From NCBI GenBank assembly GCA_964016885.1, contig CAXHJY010001273.1, positions 62,001 through 126,000 of the forward strand: a DNA stretch of 64,000 bases. Direction: 5' to 3'. This document shows positions 60,601 to 64,000 of this stretch, in pieces; the first letter of the stretch is position 1; every line of letters begins with the position of its first letter. A program made the position numbers and the translations under genes. Source of the DNA: Eledone cirrhosa (lineage: Eukaryota). Under the pieces are notes generated by a model that was given only the letters and a program-made list of their open reading frames with translations, made no database searches and had not been told where the DNA came from.

Positions 60601-61834
60601 TTGGTGTTAGTGGTGGCAGTGGTGGTGTTGGTGTTAGTGGTGACGGTGTTGGTGTTGGTGTTAGTGGTGGCAGTGGTGGTGTTGGTGGCAGTGGTGACAG
60701 TGGTGGTGGTGGTGTTAGTGGTGACAGTGGTGGTGTTGGTGTTAGTGGTGACAGTGGTGGTGTTGGTGGCAGTGGTGGTGTTGGTGGCAGTGGTGGCAGT
60801 GGTGGTGTTGGTGGCAGTGGTGACAGTGGTGGTGTTGGTGTTAGTGGTGGCAGTGGTGGTGTTGGTGGCAGTGGTGGCAGTGGTGGTGTTGGTGTTAGTG
60901 GTGGCAGTGGTGGTGTTGGTGGCAGTGGTGGCAGTGGTGGTGTTGGTGGCAGTGGTGACAGTGGTGGTGTTGGTGTTAGTGGTGGCAGTGGTGGTGTTGG
61001 TGGCAGTGGTGGCAGTGGTGGTGTTGGTGGCAGTGGTGACAGTGGTGGTGTTCGTGTTAGTGGTGACAGTGGTGGTGTTGGTGACAGTGGTGGCAGTGGT
61101 GGTGTTGGTGTTAGTGGTGGCAGTGGTGGTGTTGGTGGCAGTGGTGGTGTTGGTGGCAGTGGTGACAGTGGTGGTGTTGGTGTTAGTGGTGGTGTTGGTG
61201 TTAGTGGTGGCAGTGGTGGTGTTGGTGGCAGTGGTGGCAGTGGTTGTGTTGGTGGCAGTGGTGACAGTGGTGGTGTTGGTGTTAGTTGTGGCAGTGGTGG
61301 TGTTGGTGTTAGTGGTGGCAGTGGTGGTGTTGGTGTTAGTGGTGGCAGTGGTGGTGTTGGTGGCAGTGGTGGCAGTGGTGGTGTTGGTGGCAGTGGTGAC
61401 AGTGGTGGTGTTGGTGTTAGTGGTGGCAGTGGTGGTATTGGTGTTAGTGGTGGCAGTGGTGGTGTTGGTGGCAGTGGTGGCAGTGGTGGTGTTGGTGGCA
61501 GTGGTGGTGTTGTTGTTAGTGGTGGCAGTGGTTGTGTTGGTGGCAGTGGTGGCAGTGGTGGTGTTGGTGGCAGTGGTGACAGTGGTGGTGTTGGTGGCAG
61601 TGGTGGTGTTGGTGGCAGTGGTGGTGTTGGTGTTAGTGGTGGCAGTGGTGGTGTTGGTGGCAGTGGTGGCAGTGGTGGTGTTGGTGGCAGTGGTGGCAGT
61701 GGTGGTGTTGGTGGCAGTGGTGACAGTGGTGGCAGTGGTGGTGTTGGTGGCAGTGGTGACAGTGGTGGTGTTGTTGGTGTTGAGGTTGACGCTGTGGTTG
61801 ATGTTACAGGTTCTACCATTGTTGCTATATACAT
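45605..61834 (-). CDS. Putative giant low-complexity repeat protein or exon: unique leader (MYI)ATMVEPVTSTTASTSTPTT, then ~2,800 aa of Pro-rich [T/P]PTPPL[S/P]PL repeats to ~53443; as assembled it then shifts into a Thr/Asn-rich frame and stops at 45605 (5,409 aa)
   Basis: ORF track 45605..61834(-). The leader blends naturally into the Pro frame; ATG at 61819 has A-3/G+4 context (acaATGg); a possible phase-1 acceptor ...tatatAG|CA lies at 61825/61824 but has a weak pyrimidine tract. Recurrent variants are often silent in this frame. No expression evidence. Confidence 0.4.
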   Translation of the reverse strand: MYIATMVEPVTSTTASTSTPTTPPLSPLPPTPPLPPLSPLPPTPPLPPLPPTPPLPPLPPTPPLPPLTPTPPLPPTPPLPPTPPLSPLPPTPPLPPLPPTQPLPPLTTTPPLPPTPPLPPLPPTPPLPPLTPIPPLPPLTPTPPLSPLPPTPPLPPLPPTPPLPPLTPTPPLPPLTPTPPLPQLTPTPPLSPLPPTQPLPPLPPTPPLPPLTPTPPLTPTPPLSPLPPTPPLPPTPPLPPLTPTPPLPPLSPTPPLSPLTRTPPLSPLPPTPPLPPLPPTPPLPPLTPTPPLSPLPPTPPLPPLPPTPPLPPLTPTPPLPPLPPTPPLPPLTPTPPLSPLPPTPPLPPLPPTPPLPPTPPLSPLTPTPPLSPLTPPPPLSPLPPTPPLPPLTPTPTPSPLTPTPPLPPLTPTPPLSPLTPTPPLTPIPPLSPLPPTPPLPPLPPTPPLPPLPPTPPLSPLTPTPPLPPLSPTPPLSPLTPTPPLSPLTPTPPLSPLTPTPPLSPLPPTPPLPPLPPTPPLSPLTPTPPLPPLPPTPPLPPLPPTPPLPPLPPTPPLSPLTPTPPLPPLSPTPPLSPLTPTPPLSPLTPTPPLSPLTPTPPLSPLPPTPPLPPTPPLSPLPPTPPLSPLTPTPPLPPLSPTPPLSPLTPTPPLPPLSPTPPLSPLTPTPPLSPTPPLSPLTPTPPLPPLSPTPPLPPLPPTPPLSPLTPTPPLPPLTPTPPLSPLTPTPPLSPLTPTPPLSPLTPTPPLSPLTPTPPLSPLTPTPPLSPLSPTPPLSPLTPTPPLTPLSPTPPLPPLTPTPPLSPLTPTPPLPPLTPTPPLSPLTPTPPLSPLTPTPPLSPLTPTPPLSPLTPTPPLSPLTPTPPLPPLTPTPPLSPLPPTPPLSPLTPTPPLSPLTPTPPLSPLTPTPPLSPLPPTPPLSPLPPTPPLSPLTPTPPLSPLPPTPPLSPLTPTPPLSPLPPTPPLSPLTPTPPLSPLTPTPPLSPLTPTPPLSPLPPTPPLSPLPPTPPLSPLTPTPPMSPLPPTPPLSPLTPTPPLSPLPPTPPLSPLTPPPPLSLLTPTPPLSPLTPTPPLSPLTPTPPLSPLTPTPPLSPLPPTPPLSPLPPTPPLSPLTPTPPLSPLPPTPPLSPLTPTPPLPPLTPTPPLSPLIPTPPLSPLTPTPPLSPLTPTPPLSPLPPTPPLSPLTPTPPLSPLTPTPPLSPLPPTPPLSPLTPTPPLSPLTPTPPLPPLTPTPPLSPLPPTPPLSPLTPTPPLSPLPPTPPLSPLTPTPPLSPLPPTPPLPPLTPTPPLPPLTPTPPLSPLPPTPPLSPLPPTPPLPPLTPTPPLSPLTPTPPLSPLTPTPPLSPLTPTPPLSPLPSTPPLPPLPPTPPLSPLTPTPPLPPLPPTPPLPPLPPTPPLPPLPPTPPLSPLTPTPPLPPLSPTPPLSPLTPTPPLSPLTPTPPLSPLPPKPPLPPTPPLSPLSPTPPLSPLTPTPPLSPLPPTPPLSPLTPTPPLPPLSPTPPLSPLTPTPPLPPLSPLTPTPPLSPTPPLSPLTPTPPLPPLSPTPPLPPLPPTPPLPPLTPTPPLSPLSPTPPLPPLTPTPPLSPLTPTPPLSPLTPTPPLSPLTSTPPLPPLTPTPPLSPLTPTPPLSPLTPTPPLSPLTPTPPLSPLTPTPPLSPLTPTPPLSQLTPTPPLSPLSPTPPLSPLTPTPPLPPLSPTPPLPPLTPTPPLSPLTPTPPLPPLTPTPPLSPLTPTPPLSPLTPTPPLSPLTPTPPLSPLTPTPPLSPTPPLSPLTPTPPLSPLPPTPPLSPLPPTPPLSPLTPTPPLSPLPTTPPLSPLTPTPPLSSLPPTPPLSPLTPPPPLSPLTPTPPLSPLTPTPPLSPLTPTPPLSPLTPTPPLSPLPPTPPLSPLPPTPPLSPLTPTPPLSPLTSPPPLSPLTTTPPLPLLPPTPPLSPLTPTPPLSPLTPTPPLSPLPPTPPLSPLTPTPPLSPLTPTPPLSTLTPTPPLSPLPLTPPLSPLTPTPPLPPLPPTPPLPPLPPTPPLPPTPPLSPLTPTPPLPPLSPTPPLSPLTPTPPLSPLTPTPPLSPLTPTPPLSPLPPTPPLPPTPPLSPLPPTPPLSPLTPTPPLPPLSPTPPLSPLTPTPPLPPLSPTPPLSPLTPTPPLSPTPPLSPLTPTPPLPPLSPTPPLPPLPPTPPLPPLTPTPPLSPLTPTPPLPPLTPTPPLSPLTPTPPLSPLTPTPPLSPLTPTPPLSPLTPTPPLSPLTPTPPLSPLSPTPPLSPLTPTPPLTPLSPTPPLPPLTPTPPLSPLTPTPPLPPLTPTPPLSPLTPTPPLSPLTPTPPLSPLTPTPPLSPLTPTPPLTPTPPLSPLTPTPPLPPLTPTPPLSPLPPTPPLSPLTPTPPLSPLTPTPPLSPLTPTPPLSPLPPTPPLSPLPPTPPLSPLTPTPPLSPLPPTPPLSPLTPTPPLSPLTPTPPLSPLTPTPPLSPLPPTPPLSPLPPTPPLSPLTPTPPLSPLPPTPPLSPLTPTPPLSPLPPTPPLSPLTPPPPLSLLTPTPPLSPLTPTPPLSPLTPTPPLSPLTPTPPLSPLPPTPPLSPLPPTPPLSPLTPTPPLSPLPPTPPLSPLTPTPPLSPLTPTPPLSPLTPTPPLSPLTPPPPLSPLTTTPPLPLLPPTPPLSPLTPTPPLSPLPPTPPLSPLTPTPPLSPLIPTPPLSPLTPTPPLSPLPPTPPLSPLTPTPPLSPLPPTPPLSPLTPTPPLSPLTPTPPLPPLTPPPPLSPLTPLPPLSPLTPTPPLSPLTPTPPLLPLTPTPPLSPLPPTPPLSPLTPTPVTTATNTTTATTNTNTTTATTNTNTTTVTTNTNATTVTTDTNTTTVTTATNTTTVTTNTNTTTVTTNTNTTTVTTATNTTTVTTNTNTTTVTTNTNTTTATTNTNTTTVTTDTNTTTVTTATNTTTVTTNTNTTTVTTATNTTTVTTNTNTTTVTTATNTTTATTNTNTTTATTNTNTTTVTTATNTTTITTATNTTTATTNTNTTTVTTNTNTTTLTTNTNTTTVTTNTNTTTVTTAINTTTATTATNTTTVTTNTNTTTATTATNTTTATTATNTTTATTATNTTTVTTNTNTTTATTVTNTTTVTTNTNTTTVTTNTNTTTVTTATKTTTDTNTTTVTINTNTTNVTTNTNTTTVTTNTNTTTATSNTNTTTVTTNTNTTTVTTNTNTTTVTTNTNTTTVTTNTNTTTLTTNTNTTTVTTVTNTTTVTTNTNTTTATTVTNTTTATTNTNTTTVTTNTNTTTATSNTNTTTVTTNTNTTTVTTNTNTTTVTTNTNTTTATSNTNTTTVTTATNTTTVTTNTNTTTVTTNTNTTTVTTNTNTTTVTTATNTTSVTTATNTTTVTTNTNTTTVTTATNTTTVTTNTNTTNVTTATNTTTVTTNTNTTTVTNTTTVTTNTNTTTVTTATNTTTVTTNTNTTTVTTATNTTTVTTDTNTTTVITATNTTTVTTNTTTTSVTTNTNTTTVTTNTNTTTVTTNTNTTTVTTNTNTTTVTTATNTTTVTTATNTTTVTTNTNTTTVTTNTNTTTVTTNITTTTVTTNNNTTTATTATNTTTVTTNTNTTTVTTDTNTTTVTTATNTTTVTTNTNTTTVTTNTNTTTVTTDTNTTTVTTATNTTTVTTNTNTTTVTTATTTTTVTTNTTTTTATTSTTTTTVTTNTTTTTVTTNTNTTTVTTNTNATTVTTNTNTTTVTTATNTTTVTTNTNTTTVTTNTNTTTITTATNTTTVTTNTNTTTVTTATNTTTVTTNTNTTTVTTNTNATTVTTNTNTTTVTTATNTTTVTTNTNTTTATTNTNTTTATTNTNTTTITTATNTTTVTTNTNTTTVTTATNTTTVTTNTNTTTATTNTNTTTVTTATNTTTVTTATNTTTATTNTNTTTVTTNNNTTTATTATNTTTVTTNTNTTTVTTDTNTTTVTTATNTTTVTTNTNTTTVTTNTNTTTVTTDTNTTTVTTATNTTTVTTNTNTTTVTTATNTTTVTTNTNTTTATTNTTTTTVTTNTTTTTTVTTNTNTTTVTTNTNATTFTTNTNTTTVTTATNITTVTTNTNTTTVTTATNTTTATTNTNTTTVTTNTNTTTVTTNTNATTVTTDTNTTTVTTATNTTTVTTNTNTTTVTTNTNTTTVTTATNTTTVTTNTNTTTVTTATNTTTATTNTNTTTVTTATNTTTVTTVTNTTTATTATNTTTVTTNTNTTTVTTATNTTTVTTNTNTTTVTTATNTTTATTNTNTTTVTTATNTTTVTTNTNTTTVTTATNTTTVTTNTNTTTVTTATNTTTATTNTNTTTATTNTNTTTVTTATNTTTVTTNTNTTTVTTATNTTTATTNTNTTTVTTATNTTTVTTNTNTTTVTTATNTTTVTTNTNTTTVTTATNTTTATTNTNTTTATTNTNTTTVTTATNTTTITTATNTTTATTNTNTTTVTTNTNTTTLTTNTNTTTVTTNTNTTTVTTATNTTTVTTATNTTTVTTSTNTTTATTNTNTTTATTNTNTTTITTATNTTTVTTNTNTTTVTTATNTTTVTTNTNTTTATTNTNTTTVTNTTTVTTNTNTTTVTTATNTTTVTTNTNTTTVTTATNTTTVTTNTNTTTATTNTNTTTVTTATNTTTVTTNTNTTTVTTATNTTTVTTNTNTTTVTTNTNTTTVTTATNTTTNTNTTTVTIATNTSTVTTNTNTTTATTNTNTTTVTTNTNTTTVTTAYNTTTNTNTTTVTTATNTTTVTTNTNTTTVTTATNTTTNTNTTTVTTATNTTTVTTNTNTTNVTTNTNTTTVTTATNTNTNTNTTTDTTATNTTTVTTNTNTTTVTTNTNTTTVTTNTNTTTVTTATNTTTVTTNTNTTTVTTATNTTTVTTNTNTTTATTNTNTTTVTTNTNTTTVTTNTNTPTVTTNTNTTTVTTNTNTTTVITNTNTTTVTTATNTPTVTTNTNTTTVTTNTNTTTVTTATNTTTVTTNTNTTTVTTATSTTTVTTNTNTTTLTTNTNTTTVTTNTNTTTDTTATNTTTVNTNTNTTTVTTATNTTTVTTATNTTTVTTNTNTTTVTTNTNTTTVSTNTNTTTATTVTTATNTTTATTATNTTTATTATNNTTATTATNTTTVTTATTTTTASTATNTTTVTTNTNTTTVTTNTNTTTVSTATNTTTATTATNSTTVTTNTNTTTATTNTNTTTVTTATNSTTVTTNTNTTTATTNTTTTTVTTATNTTTATTATNTTTVNTNTNTTTATTNTNTTTVTTATNTTTVTTNTNTTTNTNTTTVTTATNTTTVTTNTNTTTVTTNTNTTTVTTNTNTTTVTTNTNTTTVTTNTNTTTATTNTNTTTVTTATNTTTVTTNTNTTTVTTATNTTTVTTNTNTTTATTNTNTTTVTTATNTTTVTTATNTTTVTTNTNTPHCHH

Positions 61835-61877
61835 GCATGTTATTCTGGCTTTATAATTTCACAAATGTTTTACCAAT

Positions 61878-61902
61878 AGAGAGAGAGAGTGAGAGAGAGA
61901 GA

Positions 61903-61935
<33 letters not shown>

Positions 61936-61991
61936 TGAGAGGGAGAGAGAGTGAGAGAGAGAGAGAGAGAGAGGAAGAGAGTGAGAGTGAG

Positions 61992-62075
<84 letters not shown>
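61878..62075. repeat. Compound microsatellite (GA)n-(TA)n-(GA)n
   Basis: Directly visible; TA core ~61992-62014. Confidence 0.97.
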
Positions 62076-62080
<5 letters not shown>

Positions 62081-62370
62081 TTCTAACATAGACACAAGAC
62101 TCTCTCATTGGAATTTACACATTAACTATGTAGTTATGTCTGTATGTCTGATTGTATGCATGTATGTGTAGATATGGATGTTAATGGATGTGTGGATGTG
62201 GATGTTTTGAGTTGTATGTGTGCATGTGTATATGCTTTGTATCTGTATATGTGTATATGCAGTTAATAGATACAGAATTTGTGGAATATTTTCCATATTT
62301 TTACTGTTCCATTAATGGATTGTACTTTCCTAACTAGTTGTGTTCTTTCTGTTCCTGTGAAGCCCAGCTT

Positions 62371-62490
62371 CATGTATGTATGTATGTATGTATGTATGTA
62401 TGTATGTATGTATGTATGTATGTATGTATGTATGTATGTGCGTGTGTGTTTGTTTATGTATATACGGATGTATGTATGCATGCATGTATG
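62371..62490. repeat. (TATG)n microsatellite, pure to ~62440 then degenerate
   Basis: Directly visible. Confidence 0.95.
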
Positions 62491-62501
62491 TAAACGTAAG
62501 C

Positions 62502-62505
<4 letters not shown>

Positions 62506-62537
<32 letters not shown>
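62506..62537. repeat. (TA)n microsatellite
   Basis: Directly visible. Confidence 0.95.
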
Positions 62538-62541
<4 letters not shown>

Positions 62542-62651
62542 CAAAAGATGGTTATATACATCAATACTCATCTTTTTCCATTTAATTGCGGGTTCTAAAC
62601 CCCATTATAAGGCTAAAATTCCTTTAGTAAAAAATACTGTGAAAATTATTC

Positions 62652-62768
<117 letters not shown>

Positions 62769-62785
62769 CGAAAGACGAGTGGTAA

Positions 62786-62856
62786 GGAATTTTAATTTAC
62801 TCCAGAAATAGACGTCGAAACGGCTTGAGCTCTGCCGTCGGGGTTAAACATTTTCC
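62786..62856 (+). ncRNA. Degenerate type I hammerhead-ribozyme-like motif (possible Penelope-like element relic)
   Basis: GAAAC-GGC-ttgagctct-GCC-GTC gives the GAAA box, stem III and a GUC site (C62839); flanks TTTACTCC/GGGGTTAAA and GGAA/TTCC can pair as stem I; GACGTC as minimal stem II. The CUGANGA box is degenerate (CAGAAATA). Confidence 0.35.
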
Positions 62857-62935
62857 TATATATATATATGTATATGAACATCTACCTATCACTCTCTCTC
62901 TCTCCTTCTCCCTCTCTCTCTCTCTATATATATAA

Positions 62936-63014
<79 letters not shown>

Positions 63015-63065
63015 TAGAGAGTGATAGGTAGATGTTCATATATATAATATATATATATAATATAT

Positions 63066-63107
<42 letters not shown>

Positions 63108-63116
63108 TATATATAC
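62857..63116. repeat. Foldback: (TA)n - 27-bp arm - (CT)n - (TA)n - (AG)n - inverted 27-bp arm - (TA)n
   Basis: 62871-62897 TATATGAACATCTACCTATCACTCTCT is the exact reverse complement of 63016-63042 AGAGAGTGATAGGTAGATGTTCATATA. Confidence 0.9.
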
Positions 63117-63249
63117 GACACCCAAGTGGCTGGGTTTATCCCCAGCGGACAACAGAGGATGAAGGGATGTTTCTGTTCGTTCGTTTTGTTCGGAATTTCT
63201 AATGTCTTTTGTTACCTTAGAGAGGAAGGTACGTTAAAAGATATATTTC

Positions 63250-63255
63250 TTTATT
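63250..63255 (-). terminator. Polyadenylation signal AATAAA at the LINE 3' end
   Basis: TTTATT on the plus strand, just inside the apparent element terminus. Confidence 0.65.
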
Positions 63256-63477
63256 AGCCACAAGGGCGCACAAGAAAAGGGGACAATACAAAGACATGCC
63301 GGGGATTTTACATGCAGTCGTGTAAAAAATATAAAAACAAACAATTACAACAATCGAAATCCCCAATAGGGGAGGCGCCACAAATGGGTTGTTTAATACC
63401 CCGTCGATAGAACAACCCTCAACTTCAGGAGCGTGTTGTGCAAGTGCTCCTTTCTTCCTTTTGCTCTCTTTCTCAAC

Positions 63478-63999
63478 CTACAGGCTTATAAACAGAGATG
63501 GCCCAATCACTCGGGCCATTTTTGCCACATTCACCCACCTTTCAGTAAATTTACTGGGGTGCAGTGCCTCTCTCTCCACCCTGATTCCCCTTCTAAAGTT
63601 ATTCTTAAAGAAGGGAATCAATTGTTGTCCGGAGAGAAAGGCATCTGTCCTCAGTCCTCTCAACCTCGTCCACCATATAACTTCTTTCACCATAGCCACC
63701 GTACAGAGGAAAAGCGCCTCTCTTTCGTTTTTGAAAGAGGCTGGCGGTTTGATCCTTACTATGGACTCGGCAGTCAACTGGATTTGTCCCATACGCAACA
63801 GCAGTTGTTCTGCATAGTTCCACAGGTCGGTTACGCCCAGGCAGTGTACAATTGCGTGCAGGACTGTTTCAATGTCCTGCTCGCATCTTGGACACGTCCT
63901 CTGGGAAGGATCGCTGCCGGGGCGTCCGTGCCTGTAGATCTTGTCACGAACCGGTAGAGCTCCTCGGTAGCACTGCCAGGCCAGGGACCTCTGGAAGTT
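63478..63999 (-). CDS. LINE ORF2 C-terminal fragment (zf-RVT-type zinc-binding domain), 5'-partial
   Basis: Manual translation from 63999: NFQRSLAWQCYRGALPVRDKIYRHGRPGSDPSQRTCPRCEQDIETVLHAIVHCLGVTDLWNYAEQLLLRMGQIQ...SLFISL*, open and in frame with ORF 63478..63798; C-x2-C-x8-H-x4-C preceded by W-x4-GALPV is typical of L1/Tx1 ORF2. Confidence 0.85.
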   Translation of the reverse strand, partial: NFQRSLAWQCYRGALPVRDKIYRHGRPGSDPSQRTCPRCEQDIETVLHAIVHCLGVTDLWNYAEQLLLRMGQIQLTAESIVRIKPPASFKNEREALFLCTVAMVKEVIWWTRLRGLRTDAFLSGQQLIPFFKNNFRRGIRVEREALHPSKFTERWVNVAKMARVIGPSLFISL

Positions 64000-64000
64000 G

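Larger units (their letters stand above)
1..61770. repeat. Giant 27-bp minisatellite array (~2,300 units), consensus GTGGTGGTGTTGGTG[TTA|GCA]GTGGTG[ACA|GCA], built from three 9-bp GGT-based subunits; runs off the left edge of the window
   Basis: Directly visible; all translated frames show 9-aa periodicity (VVVLVLVVT, GGVGVSGDS, TPTPPLSPL, TNTNTTTVT). Copy number is length/27. Confidence 0.98.
63241..64000 (-). mobile_element. 3' end of an L1/Tx1-clade non-LTR retrotransposon (continues beyond the window)
   Basis: Minus-strand ORF2 C-terminus with CCHC finger, ~230-nt 3' UTR with T-rich tract, then AATAAA (63255-63250) and GAAATATAT terminus. Tx1 sub-assignment is inference from the motif style. 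Confidence 0.85.

Noticed and set aside
1-61770. Telomeric repeat or CRISPR array
   Set aside because: G/T-rich and contains TTAG, but no TTAGGG/TTAGG tandem; no unique spacers or cas genes; context is eukaryotic.
1-61770. Frequent 9- and 18-bp unit length variants as evidence for coding selection
   Set aside because: Slippage between 9-bp subrepeats gives in-frame indels regardless of selection.
53403-61838. Thr/Asn-frame ORF (MHVYSNNGRTCNINHS...) as the primary product
   Set aside because: Its leader looks like an off-frame read of the PTS leader, and most recurrent variants are non-synonymous in it.
43982-61856. Gly/Ser/Asp-rich plus-strand frame (GGVGVSGDS) as a silk- or shell-matrix-like protein
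   Set aside because: Not excluded, but disfavoured: recurrent variants are S>R, D>E, S>N here while silent in the Pro frame, and no AATAAA follows its stop at 61856 before the microsatellites.
1-61938. Dozens of poly-Val/Leu plus-strand ORFs up to ~4,700 aa
   Set aside because: By-product of the GTG-rich repeat; implausibly hydrophobic, mostly GTG/TTG starts, broken by recurrent TAA/TAG variants, and the last one runs into a GA microsatellite.
63129-63146. Small hairpin GCTGGG-TTTATC-CCCAGC
   Set aside because: A 6-bp stem is expected by chance; no other RNA-gene features.
63389-63957. Plus-strand ORFs 63389..63817 and 63433..63957, and minus ORF 63605..63823
   Set aside because: Antisense or off-frame shadows of the LINE ORF2 tail.

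Overview
Eukaryotic (metazoan-looking, possibly mollusc/cephalopod-type; inference only) DNA. Bases 1-~61770 are a single minisatellite array of roughly 2,300 copies of a 27-bp unit, GTGGTGGTGTTGGTG(TTA/GCA)GTGGTG(ACA/GCA), with nested higher-order duplications (a near-exact 6,326-bp tandem copy, plus 14,967, 5,044, 4,455, 3,491, 2,357 and 998 bp offsets). Four of six frames are open, so most ORF-track entries are artefacts of the repeat. The most plausible coding frame is the minus-strand Pro frame, [T/P]PTPPL[S/P]PL: it grades out of a unique PTS-like leader (ATMVEPVTSTTASTSTPTT) at 61770-61834, and many recurrent variants are silent in it. Its Ser-containing unit carries PTPPLSP, identical to the c-Myc T58/S62 Fbw7 phosphodegron core. 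The right-hand 2.2 kb holds (GA)n/(TA)n/(TATG)n microsatellites, a degenerate hammerhead-ribozyme-like motif, a 27-bp-arm inverted repeat, and the 3' end of an L1/Tx1-type LINE on the minus strand (CCHC zinc finger, 3' UTR, AATAAA). Whether the array is expressed cannot be established from sequence alone, and two patches look like assembly noise.
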